From the NCBI GenBank assembly GCA_964474955.1, contig CAYYUU010000002.1:1-26646 (forward strand): a stretch of DNA of 26,646 nt, read 5' to 3'. Each line of letters opens with the position of its first letter. Position 1 is the first letter of the stretch. Positions 8,815 through 18,767 of this stretch are shown here, piece by piece. This DNA comes from an uncultured Alcaligenaceae bacterium. Lineage in GTDB: Bacteria > Planctomycetota > Planctomycetia > Gemmatales > Gemmataceae. Both the position numbers and the translations under genes were made by a program. The notes under the pieces are model-generated. The model saw nothing but the letters and a program-made list of their open reading frames with translations, did no database searches and was not told the origin of the DNA.

Positions 8815-11800
8815 TCAACTCCCCTCCTTCTCCGATTTCCGGACCGCAAGTCGCAGTCCTTCTCCTTCGAACCGTAGATACAATCCATGATCCACGACTC
8901 CGTTGTCGACACGGATAAGGACCTGGTTCCATCCTTTTGCCATGCCCACCACGACGCGGTCGGAATCGGGATTCGCGGATCGAGGCTCGTTCACGTCGTG
9001 AACCTTGTTTCCATTGATCCACACTCGCATCGTGTCGTCCGACCCACAAATCATCGTCGCCCGCTGAGCTTTCGGCGAGAACACGTATGTCAGAGCATAG
9101 GCCGACACGTTCTCACGCTTGAAACGGCTCTTCTAGTTCACGAAGCCATTCGGTTCGGCTCGCGGAATTTCCCACTTGAGTTTTTTCTTCCCGACCTTGT
9201 AAGTGGCATCCGGAACAGGATTTTTCTCCGGCGGATGCGAAACACTTCGGTCTGAGGAGAACGGCCCGACGACCCAGAACTCCAGACCCATCCCACGAAT
9301 CTCTTCCTGGGCCTTACGGTTTTTCAAGAACGCTACAAGGTCGAGGAACTGCTCGAACGTCAGGTGTTTGACCACGTCATCGGGCATCAACGATGTTGCC
9401 GACGGTTTGATCGCCTGGAGGTCATTCGTTGCGATGCGAATTTCTTTCGCATTCGGATCCCGGAGAACGACTTCGTTCGGAGTTTGCGAAACCTTCAACC
9501 CCGTGAAAATCTGCCCCTTCTTCGTAAGAGCCGTGTAACTCTGGAAGCCTTCTTTGATTTCCTTGCTCGGCTCAAGAAGATGCTCGATGATCTTCTCGGT
9601 CGATTGCGTGTCCCACGAACGAGTGAGGTCGGGACCAACGTTCCCGCCGACGCCTTCGAGTTGGTGGCAACTCATGCACGCGATTTTCTTGTGGCTCAAA
9701 TAAAGGACTCGACCGCGAATTGGATTCCCACGCTCGCGAACGAGCTTTCGAATCGACTTGAGATCCTTCGGCGACACGTTCAACAAGCCGCTCTTCATGA
9801 CCTTTTGCAGAACAGGAGTAACGGCCTTGTTCCTCTTGGCGTAGCGCCGAAGGACTTCCGCGACCTGTGGCAACAACGCTCGCGGGAGTTTCCCGTCGAG
9901 GAATTTCTGGCCGACCAACATGGCTCCGCTGGCTCGGGTGCCGAGGACCGTGATGGCTTCCTTTTGCAATGAGAAATTCGACTTCGGCAAGACCTTGGCC
10001 GCCAGCCTCGCTGCCGCGACGCCATCGATCATGCCGAGCGCCCGGAGTGCTTGGGCTTGTACGTCCTGACCTTCCTCCGACGAACCGAGTTCTTTCTCTT
10101 CGACCATCTCTTCCAAAATCGAGGCGGCAGCTTTGACCTTCAAAACGCCGACGGCGTTGATGAGTGCGCTCCGTTCGCCGTTCTTCAAGCCCGAGACCGC
10201 CAACGCTTTGACCAACACCGGAGCCGCTTTTTGGACGCGGTTGTTAGCGATGGCTTCGACGGCCGCGATCCGCACTTTCATGTTCGGTTCGTCGTCGAGA
10301 AACCGAACTAACAACTTGTTGACGGTCGGAGAATCCAACGCCTTGGATGCCGCCAGCACCTTGAGCCCGGCCAACTTGATCTTCTCGAGCTTGGCCAGGT
10401 TCTTCGCCGGTTCTTTCGACATCCGGGCGAGTTTGTCCACCTTCACCAGATATTTGACGATGGGTTCGACCGACACGGCAGGCTCGAGTTGATAGTTCGT
10501 GTATGATTCGATCAGGCGAGCCTTTTGGTCTCTGCTCAAATGGTAGTTGGTGAGCAACTTGGGCAACGCCTTCGAAGCCGGTCGAGTCCGGAAGGCCAGA
10601 AACGTTTCGACGACGGTATCGAGGTCGCGGGCATTTCCGGAGTTGGCCAACGTGTCGAGCGACTCCATTCCTTTCTTGCCGAGACGCTCGATGCTTCGAA
10701 TGATGGCGTCGCGAAGAAACGCATCTTTTCCGTCGTTGAACTTCAAGACGTTCACGAGAGCATCGCCGGCACCGTTCGCGCCGATTCGTCCCATGGCCAG
10801 TACGATCGAACGTAGCACCTCGGGTTCGCGTTCGTTGAGCACCCGATTCAACGCCGCGTGGGCTTTCTTGTCACCCTTCTTCGAATTCAGCCCAAGACCT
10901 TCCGCCGCAAGCCTTCGCATGTCCGGGTCGAGATCACGAAGCAGTTTTTGGAACGCTTTCGACACGTCCGCATCCCAAAACGACTGGACGACACCGACCG
11001 CGGCAATCCTCGCTTCGAGAGGTTTCTCGACGTCGACGATAATCTTTAAGAGTGCCTTTCGGTTTTTCTCGCCACGCTTTCGGAGTTGGGTTTGGGCCTT
11101 GCAGCGGTCGCTGAAGTTCTCGCTTTCGAGCGTCTTCAAGAGTTCTTCGTTGGACTGCTTTGCGATCTTGGCCCAGCTATCCATCTCCCGCAACGCGATG
11201 GCCAGATGGTTTTTCGTTCCGGCCCAGCTGACACGATAAATACGCCCTTTGGTTCCGTTCCCCCAGAGTTTCCCCGCGCCGCCAGAATCGGTCCGCCAAT
11301 CGCAAATGTACATCGCGCCATCCGGCCCAAGAATCATCTGGCAAGGACGGAACAACGGATCGTTCGACTTCATGAATTCAAATTCGTGCGTCACGCGGAA
11401 CGTCGCGCCGTCTTGCTCAACGACATACGCACGGATCAACTTTCGGAAAACGTCCGGATAATACAGCACGCCCCGGTAGTGTTTTGGGAAATACGTGTCG
11501 TTATAGATCAAAAGGCCCGCTGGCGAACCACGGCCCGTTTTCAACATCGGCGGGAGTTTCCCCGGGAGTTCGCCATACACGGCGCTTCGCGTGAAGTCTG
11601 GACGGCAACACCTCGCGCCCGGTCGCAAACGCCATCCGTAGTCAATTCCCTCGGGGATGTGCATGAGCCGACACCCTGTCCACTTCGATCCGTCTTCGTT
11701 ATCGTTGTCAACGTGGAACATGTTGAACTTTGTGTCGAACGCGACGTCTCGATAGGGGTTACGAAATCCTCGGGCGAACTCGTGGAGTTTGGTCCCGTCC

Positions 11801-12534
11801 GGAAGACAGCGAAAGACCGCACCGGTTCGCAGAACGTTGACCCGAGCGCCGTCAGAACCTTCGACATAGTTATCGTCATCCCCCGATGTGATGTAGAGCC
11901 AACCATCGTTGCCGATCGTCAAACCCGAAACTTGGTGATGGTGAAAGCCACAGAATCCCTGAGCGATGACCTCTTTCTTTCCATACGGACCTTCCGGAGC
12001 CGTCTGCTTGTAGCGACGCACGGTCCCCTGACCGCTCAGATAGACATACCCATCGTGAACCAGAATGCTCGAAGGGAGTTCGTCCTTGAGAACCACTTTG
12101 GCCTTGTCGAATTTGCCGTCATTGTCGGTATCGCGCAAAACCTTGACTTGATCCGGAATCGGCTTCTTCATGATGGCGACCTTGCGTTTCGATCCGTCCT
12201 TGTACGTGAACGTCACCGAACTCGCGGGAAAATTACCGCCTTTCCACTTCACCCATTCGAGGACATACAAGGTGCCGTCGGGGCCGAACGTCATCCCCAC
12301 CGGATTGATCACCTGAGGAGCTTCCGCAACGATCTCGACCTTGAGACCTTCGGGCGTGATGTATCCCTTCAAGCGAGGATCGTTCTTCCCTTGGTCGAAC
12401 GCCTTGAACCACTCGGGCGTCGGCTTCGGCGGGGATTGTTGGAACTTCAGATCTTTCGGCACGTCTGTCTGCGTGAGTCCCCAATTGCAGGCAAACGCCA
12501 ACACGATGACCAGACCTAGTAACAACCGTTTCAC
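8815..12534 (-). CDS. PVC-type heme-binding CxxCH protein (signal peptide, beta-propeller, HEAT repeats, cytochrome c, C-terminal jelly-roll), interrupted by an in-frame TAG at 9135-9133
   Basis: The likely start is GTG 12534 (VKRLLLGLVIVLAFACNWG) after GGAGG. Motifs include GFRNPY, GRGSPAGL, DPLFRP, DW, HEAT-like repeats, CMSCH and VGPDLT. The same frame continues past the TAG as KSRFKRENVSAYALTYVFSP...GSDD to the stop at 8815. Confidence 0.88.
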
Positions 12535-12864
12535 AGAAATATTCCTCCATCTCGGGAAGATGAGTTCGTGGTCGAGAAAAGTAAATGTCGCGCGTAGAGC
12601 CCGACAAGCGTTGGATTCGAGAACGGGAAAATTGGTTCCGGAATCTGTCTTCCAGAGTACATCGGAAGCAAAGGGAGTGGGACGAAAAAGTTGTCGGATC
12701 ATCGGCTGGGAAGTTGCTTTTCGCTCTGCGAAAAGTTTTCTGTCTTTGGCACCTACCTTCTTTCCATCCTCTCCCTCTCTTGTCTCCATACGTTCCCAAC
12801 TCCCATCGGTTTCATATAAAGACCACTCAAACAACCCTCTATACATTGCCATCCCCTCCCACGA

Positions 12865-14832
12865 ATGAGGATTCGAATCGTGCCCCCGAATGTTGATCTC
12901 GATGCCGAGTGGTTGGAGACGGACGGTCTCGGTGGTTATGCTTCGGGGACGGTGGGCGGATGTCGCACGCGGAGGTATCACGCGGTGCTTCTCGTGGCCA
13001 AGACGCCGCCGACAGGGCGTTTCGTTCTGGTCAATGGTTTTGACGCATGGGTCGACACCGATTCGGGACCGTATCCGATTTCGTCGCAATATTACGTCCC
13101 CAACGTCACCACGCCCGACGGGGCCAATCGCATCCAGGGGTTTACGCTCGATCCGTGGCCACGCTGGACGTACCAAATCGGCAAAGACACGATCCTAGAG
13201 CAAGAACTCTTCGTCCCGAATGGCAAACAAGCAGTCGTCTTGCGGTGGCGTGTGCTCAGCGGTTCTCGTTTTGCGAGCCTTCGATTGCGCCCCTTTCTGT
13301 CGGGCCGAGATTACCATTCGTTGCACCACAGCAATCCGGGCTTTGCGACCGGCGTGGAACAACAAGGCGACCGGGTTTCGTGGTTCCCGTATCCGGGAGT
13401 TCCGGAGATACACGCCCTCGCCAACGCCTCGTATCATCACAGTCCAATCTGGTACTACAACTTTCTGTACACGAAAGAACGCGAGCGAGGAATGGACTCG
13501 ATGGAAGACCTCATGTCGCCGGGGGAGTTCACGTTTGAATTCTCGGCGGGTGACGCCATCTTGATCTTCCACACGGCTCTGGATTCCGAAACGTCCCTCG
13601 ATGCTAGTTGGGATCCCTCTCAGGCTTACTCCGCTCTCGCCAGCGCCGAACAACTCCGTCGGGAACGATTCCCCTCTCGTCTACATCGAGCCGCCGACGA
13701 ATACCTTGTTCGTCGGGGTCATGGCAAAACGATCATTGCCGGATATCCGTGGTTTACGGATTGGGGACGCGATACGTTCATCGCCATGCGTGGCCTGTGT
13801 CTTGCGACAGGTCGGCTCGACGTTGCAAAAGAAATCCTCCTGGCCTGGTCGTCGGCGGTCTCGGAAGGGATGCTCCCGAATTTGTTTGTCGATGCCGGGG
13901 ACGCGCCGGAATTCAATTCTGTGGATGCCTCCTTGTGGTACGTCATAGCCGTGCACGAGTTTCTGGAAGAGGCGAGGCGTTCGGAGTTTGGGGTGACGCA
14001 ACAGGAGAAACATCGGCTGGAACTTGCGGTCGATGCGATCTTGCGAGGATACGCGAGTGGGACCCGGCACATCATTTCGATTGACCTGGACGGATTGCTG
14101 TCGGCGGGCGAAGCGGGCGTGCAACTCACATGGATGGACGCCAAAGTGGGCGACTGGGTCGTCACTCCTCGGATCGGCAAGCCCGTCGAAGTTCAGGCCC
14201 TTTGGTTGAACGCGTTGTGGATCGGCGGGCAACGACACGAAGAATTCCAAGAATGGTATGACCAAGCAAAAGAGTCCTTCGAAAAAAGATTCTGGTATGC
14301 CGACGGCCAATATTTATACGACGTCGTGGACTTGGACCACGCCCACGGGAACGTCGACTCCACGCTCCGTCCGAATCAAATCTTCGCAGTCGGTGGACTA
14401 CCGCTCCAGGCACTGGACGGAAACCAAGCTCGCAAGGTCGTCGATCTGGTCGAGCGACAACTTTATACACCGATCGGCGTTCGCTCGCTCGCGCCCGACG
14501 ATCCATCGTATCGCCGGAAGTATCAAGGCGGCATCTTCTCTAGAGACGGAGCGTACCACCAGGGAACCGCCTGGGCGTGGTTGCTCGGTCCGTTCGTCGA
14601 AGCGTGGGTCCGAGTTCGCGGATCGACGCGAACAGCCATCGAGGAGGCACGTCAACGATTCTTGCCTCCGTTGCTGGATCACCTCAATGTGGCTGGTCTC
14701 GGCCATGTCTCGGAGATCGCCGACGGAGACGAGCCACACACGCCAAGGGGATGCCCGTTTCAAGCCTGGTCGTTGGGAGAGTTGTTGCGGTTACACGAAA
14801 AGGTCTTGGTTCCGACGGATCGCGGCGAATGA
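12865..14832 (+). CDS. Amylo-alpha-1,6-glucosidase (glycogen debranching enzyme)
   Basis: 655 aa with EWLETDGLGGYASGT, RRYHAVL, IIAGYPWFTDWGRDTFIA, LTWMDA, GKPVEVQALW, RPNQIFA, YHQGTAWAWL and PRGCPFQAWS. Confidence 0.95.
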   Translation: MRIRIVPPNVDLDAEWLETDGLGGYASGTVGGCRTRRYHAVLLVAKTPPTGRFVLVNGFDAWVDTDSGPYPISSQYYVPNVTTPDGANRIQGFTLDPWPRWTYQIGKDTILEQELFVPNGKQAVVLRWRVLSGSRFASLRLRPFLSGRDYHSLHHSNPGFATGVEQQGDRVSWFPYPGVPEIHALANASYHHSPIWYYNFLYTKERERGMDSMEDLMSPGEFTFEFSAGDAILIFHTALDSETSLDASWDPSQAYSALASAEQLRRERFPSRLHRAADEYLVRRGHGKTIIAGYPWFTDWGRDTFIAMRGLCLATGRLDVAKEILLAWSSAVSEGMLPNLFVDAGDAPEFNSVDASLWYVIAVHEFLEEARRSEFGVTQQEKHRLELAVDAILRGYASGTRHIISIDLDGLLSAGEAGVQLTWMDAKVGDWVVTPRIGKPVEVQALWLNALWIGGQRHEEFQEWYDQAKESFEKRFWYADGQYLYDVVDLDHAHGNVDSTLRPNQIFAVGGLPLQALDGNQARKVVDLVERQLYTPIGVRSLAPDDPSYRRKYQGGIFSRDGAYHQGTAWAWLLGPFVEAWVRVRGSTRTAIEEARQRFLPPLLDHLNVAGLGHVSEIADGDEPHTPRGCPFQAWSLGELLRLHEKVLVPTDRGE

Positions 14833-14899
14833 AATGGTGTGTTGTTTTGTTTTTTTAGTAGCAGGCACACTCCGAACGGGAAATAAAGAAATGTCCGTT

Positions 14900-14932
14900 T
14901 CGTAGGCACACGCGGCTCGCGTCTACCTACGA
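14900..14932. terminator. Hairpin downstream of the debranching-enzyme gene (possible terminator)
   Basis: The outer stem is TCGTAGG/CCTACGA and the inner stem is ACGCG/CGCGT. There is no clean U-tract. Confidence 0.35.
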
Positions 14933-14960
14933 CAAAGACGACAAACCGGACAGCAATAGA

Positions 14961-14992
14961 TTGACATTAGTCTGCATCGATGTGCATCGATG
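14961..14992 (+). promoter_or_regulatory. TTGACA box followed by a tandem 10-bp repeat, upstream of the giant gene pair
   Basis: TTGACA is at 14961-14966. TGCATCGATG occurs twice, at 14973-14982 and 14983-14992. There is no recognisable sigma70 -10 element at canonical spacing. Confidence 0.35.
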
Positions 14993-15048
14993 GCGATGGA
15001 ATGGTCGTTTGGCTTTCTATTTCCTAATCCCTATTCTCTCATCAACCC

Positions 15049-18000
15049 ATGAGCCAATTCACTCCAATTCAAAGAACGTTCTTGACCAACGTGTTGTCCG
15101 TCACCGTGACGCCGCGCACAGGGATTTCCAAGCTCAAACCGAAACGGTTTCGATCGGACGAGGAGAACCTGGCGACCGATCTCGTCAATTCGTTCGAAGA
15201 TTACCAAAAGGAAGAATCGAAGATTTTGGAAGAGGTCAAAGAGGTTGGAAATCAACTCAAGGATCCGAAATACAAGGCCATTCCCGGAGTCGCGAATCTT
15301 GCCAAGGATCTGGTGAAAGAACTCCAGGGCGCTCAACAAATTGCCAAAGCGGGAAAGAAAGAAGACAAGCAACAAGCCTTGGCCCAGTTCAAGCAAGCTG
15401 CGGGATTGCTCGACAAGATCAAGAAGGATACTCGGCAGGTCCTCGACACCCTCGATGATTACCTGGGCGGCATGAAGGAAGCCACCGACCTGCGAGACAA
15501 ACTCTCGACCGAGAACCGGCACCCTCATCCTCCTTTTGACAAGCCCCTCAGGGACCTCGTGAACGAAGCAGTGACTTTGGCCACGGCAGCCAAACACGCC
15601 GAGGCGGTCGCCAAGTTGGGGACGGCCAAATCGCTGTACGATCAGGGGCAGAAGGCCGTCCAACTGGCCCACGATCAGGACGTTGGCAGGGCCAAGTACG
15701 AACCCATCTACAAGGAATTGCGCAAGCGGGCCGTCGAAGGGCTGGCCGAACTCAGGGACTTGCCCGGTGCGAAGTCCGACCACGACGCCATCAAGCAAAA
15801 GGTCGACACGGCCGATACTGCGGCACAGCAGAATCGATACGAGGACGCCTATCACGAACTCAAGGGCATCGAAAAGGACGTAAAGAAGGCCCACAAGAAT
15901 GCCCAGAGCTATCACGACAAGGCCGGCAACAAGGACTACCGAAAGGTACTCGAGGAAGCCGAGGAGGCCTACAAGACACTCGCCGGTTTGATCGAAATGT
16001 CCGACCCGCAAACGCTCGAAAGCTTCCGCAAGACTATCGACGATACCCTCCGAGCCCTCGACGGCGTCAAGAGCAAAGACGAAACGACCATCACCCCACA
16101 GATCAACGCTCTGAAGCATTGTATCCAACAGATGCAGGTCGAAACCAACAAGATGAAGGATAAGGCCGACGAAGCTCGGAACCTTTACAACGAACTCGAC
16201 AAGTCCGTCTTGACCGATCTGAGTGCCCTCATGCCCACCGCCGACTTCGCCCCTTGGGGTTCGAGAGTGTGGTCGGCTCGGACGTTAATGGGGGCCGGTC
16301 AATATCAACAAGCCATCGACGAACTGGAGCAAATCAAGAAAGACGTCAAAAAGACCCAGACGAAGTACCAGGACAAAGCCAAGAAGTGGGAAGACCTGGT
16401 GAAGGACTACGAAACGAACCACAAGGCACTCGTCACCAAGGGCCAGAGTCACACTTTCTTCCCGGACGTCCAGACCGCGGCGAACGCCGTCGACTCGGCC
16501 TTGCAAACTTCCGTCCTGCGAGTGAAGGAGACGCACGACTACGACGAAATTCATAAAGTCTTCCAGCAAACTCTCAAAGACAAGATGCCAACGATCACGA
16601 GCGGCCTCGATCAATTCGAGAAGTCCAAGGCCGCTTTCGACGAATTGAAGCAAGCCTACAACGATGGGGCTAAAGAAGTCCGAGAGAAAATCCAGGAACT
16701 CCAAAAGAAAGAAGGCGACACCGAACCGTTCACCAAGGCCCTGGCCGACGAGGAGACCGAATACACAAAGACCGTGAATGGGCTCCTCGGTAAACCTGCC
16801 AGCGCCATCACTCCCGCCAAGGACACGACCGTCCAGCGCCTCAAGAAAATCGTCACCGACATCGAGGCCGTCCTGGGCGACACCCGAAAGCTCCAGCAAA
16901 GCAAGGATTCGGCGACCACGAAGCAACTACAAGCCAAAGGACAAAAACTCGAAAGAGAAATCCAGAACGCCTTGAAGATATTGGCCCTGAGCGATCCCAC
17001 CAAGGCCAAGAACTATACCCAGGATCTCCAAAACGCCGGATCGAACTACGATCAGGCTCACATCACCGAGTTGGAAAAGGTCAAGACGAAGGCCGAGAAC
17101 GCCAACGAGGAGAACGCCAACAAGGTCAAGGACATCAAGGAAAAGGCAACCACGCAAGCCAAAGAGTTGAAGGACCTGGCGGGCAAGTTGGAGCGAGGAA
17201 TGCCCATTCTCCACATCGGCGGACACAAGGACTACCACCCCTATTTTGAATCGCTCAAGGGGGAAATCCAGGACGCCCTGGCAATGTCCGAAAGTTCTGT
17301 GTTGGAGGTCGCCCAAGCAGGCAAGCGGAAGCTCGACGAACTCAAGCAAAAGATCGAGCGGATGCAAACCGAAAACGACAGCAAGGATCCCAATGCCAAA
17401 AACTACGCCGCTGTCGATAAGGGGATCAAGGAGATCGAGAAGTTGCTCTCATCCAAGGATCTGAAGGAGTGCAAGCCGACCGCCCAGAAAGTCTTCGAGC
17501 ATCGACTCAAGAACGAGGTCCGTCCCAAAATCTATGCCCTCTCGCCGGAAGCCGCACTGGCCAACACCGGCCCACTCAAGGAGTTCAAGAAAGAAATCGC
17601 CGCAGCCATTCGCGAGGCCCAAAAGCGAACCGAACAACGGAAGACGCTCAACGAGGACGGCGAGAAGTTGCTCAAGGAACTTGAAGAGTTGGACAAAAAA
17701 TCCGCCTTCCGGAAGCAACTCGAAGACCAAATCAAGGGAGCCATGAAGCCCGGCGAAGACAAGGAAGAAACGGCCATCTTGAACATGAAAAATTACGAGA
17801 GACAAATATCGCAGGCCAAGGACCCACAGAACTTGCTGATCCTTGAACAGGTCGCCCACCAACGAGAGTTCGAGGCCGAAAAGCAAAAGGCCGCGTGGGA
17901 AGCGAACAAGAAGATTTACGAGGAGACGACCAAGAAAGACCTCGAAGAAGCGTACAACGAGGCCGAGAAAAAGACCCGCGACGGGGCCCGTTATAAAGAA

Positions 18001-18531
18001 GCGGGACAGTTGTACAAGGAGGCCCTCAAGCACGCCAAGAAGGAAAACTACCTTGCCGCCAATCAGACGATCGAGGAGGCCACCTCCGCGGCCCTAACGT
18101 TCATCGCGAGTCCTCAGGGCGACAACTTCACGGCGCGAGGCAAACTGCCGAAAATCTACAAAGGATGGCAGCAAGCTGTCTCGGCCTTTTTGGCGAACAT
18201 CTCGGCACTCAAGAAGAAGATCACCGAAGTCGCGGCGACCGACCCGAGCGTCGATCCCAAGAATGCCATCGCGGCGCTGGATCTGGCGGCCCGGTCGTTC
18301 GACGCCCGGATGTTCGACCAGACCATCAAGGACATCACCGACAAGGACGCGACCTTGACAAAGATCCGCGTGGCCAAAGAAAACGGATTACGGTATCTGC
18401 GCCAATATCGCAACGTGCTGGACACCGATCCGGTCATCGAACACCTGCGCGAGAATCCGTTTACCCAGTTCACGACCGTCATGTTGGAAGACAAGATTCG
18501 GGATTTTGAATTGAGCCTGCTTCGTTCGTAA
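15049..18531 (+). CDS. Large alpha-helical / coiled-coil hypothetical protein A (1160 aa)
   Basis: A long ORF with strong GC3-biased coding pattern, rich in K/E/A/D/L, with no signal peptide or TM segment and with internal helical repeats. Confidence 0.9.
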   Translation: MSQFTPIQRTFLTNVLSVTVTPRTGISKLKPKRFRSDEENLATDLVNSFEDYQKEESKILEEVKEVGNQLKDPKYKAIPGVANLAKDLVKELQGAQQIAKAGKKEDKQQALAQFKQAAGLLDKIKKDTRQVLDTLDDYLGGMKEATDLRDKLSTENRHPHPPFDKPLRDLVNEAVTLATAAKHAEAVAKLGTAKSLYDQGQKAVQLAHDQDVGRAKYEPIYKELRKRAVEGLAELRDLPGAKSDHDAIKQKVDTADTAAQQNRYEDAYHELKGIEKDVKKAHKNAQSYHDKAGNKDYRKVLEEAEEAYKTLAGLIEMSDPQTLESFRKTIDDTLRALDGVKSKDETTITPQINALKHCIQQMQVETNKMKDKADEARNLYNELDKSVLTDLSALMPTADFAPWGSRVWSARTLMGAGQYQQAIDELEQIKKDVKKTQTKYQDKAKKWEDLVKDYETNHKALVTKGQSHTFFPDVQTAANAVDSALQTSVLRVKETHDYDEIHKVFQQTLKDKMPTITSGLDQFEKSKAAFDELKQAYNDGAKEVREKIQELQKKEGDTEPFTKALADEETEYTKTVNGLLGKPASAITPAKDTTVQRLKKIVTDIEAVLGDTRKLQQSKDSATTKQLQAKGQKLEREIQNALKILALSDPTKAKNYTQDLQNAGSNYDQAHITELEKVKTKAENANEENANKVKDIKEKATTQAKELKDLAGKLERGMPILHIGGHKDYHPYFESLKGEIQDALAMSESSVLEVAQAGKRKLDELKQKIERMQTENDSKDPNAKNYAAVDKGIKEIEKLLSSKDLKECKPTAQKVFEHRLKNEVRPKIYALSPEAALANTGPLKEFKKEIAAAIREAQKRTEQRKTLNEDGEKLLKELEELDKKSAFRKQLEDQIKGAMKPGEDKEETAILNMKNYERQISQAKDPQNLLILEQVAHQREFEAEKQKAAWEANKKIYEETTKKDLEEAYNEAEKKTRDGARYKEAGQLYKEALKHAKKENYLAANQTIEEATSAALTFIASPQGDNFTARGKLPKIYKGWQQAVSAFLANISALKKKITEVAATDPSVDPKNAIAALDLAARSFDARMFDQTIKDITDKDATLTKIRVAKENGLRYLRQYRNVLDTDPVIEHLRENPFTQFTTVMLEDKIRDFELSLLRS

Positions 18532-18561
18532 AGGCCCACCTCGCTCGAATGGTCGAATGAG

Positions 18562-18611
18562 TTTCTACCAACTCGAAGCGCGAGGGAACAGGGAACAGAA
18601 AGACTCCCTCG
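18562..18611. repeat. Degenerate REP-like element between the two giant genes
   Basis: TTTCTACCAACTCGAAGCG-CGAGGGA aligns with TTTCTACAAGCCTGAAGCGTAAGCGAAGGA (8586). CGAGGGA (18581-18587) pairs with TCCCTCG (18605-18611). Confidence 0.5.
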
Positions 18612-18767
18612 TTCGCAGCATTATTGGCTCCGGCCCGCCACGCATCCCTTTTGTGCCAAAAGGCTGCGGGCGGACCTACGCGGATCGGGCTGGTGTCAGA
18701 CAAGGCCAACAAGAGGCAACGTCCTCGCACAGACTATCCCCACACAACTCATCAAGGACATGGCCCC

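Noticed and set aside
8815-9108. 97-aa ORF treated as an independent gene
   Set aside because: It is in frame with the PVC heme protein and completes the same jelly-roll domain, so it is better explained as the part after the TAG.
9133-9135. Pyrrolysine recoding of the TAG
   Set aside because: There are no pyl genes in the window, the position looks structural (Leu-like) rather than catalytic, and a single T-to-A change explains it.
11086-12519. 477-aa + strand ORF
   Set aside because: It is an antisense shadow of the PVC heme gene and has no motifs.
12535-13176. N-terminal ~214 aa extension of ORF 9133..13176
   Set aside because: It overlaps the debranching-enzyme gene on the opposite strand and is not protein-like. 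A GGAGG SD and a signal peptide begin at GTG 12534.
4005-14832. pgm plus debranching enzyme as a glycogen operon
   Set aside because: They are about 7 kb apart with unrelated and oppositely oriented genes between them, and no glgA/B/C/P is present.
15031-16128. Long minus-strand ORFs opposite gene A (also 16285..16926 and 17449..18033) that look hydrophobic
   Set aside because: These are antisense shadows. Lys/Glu codons read backwards give Leu/Phe, which produces false TM-like stretches.
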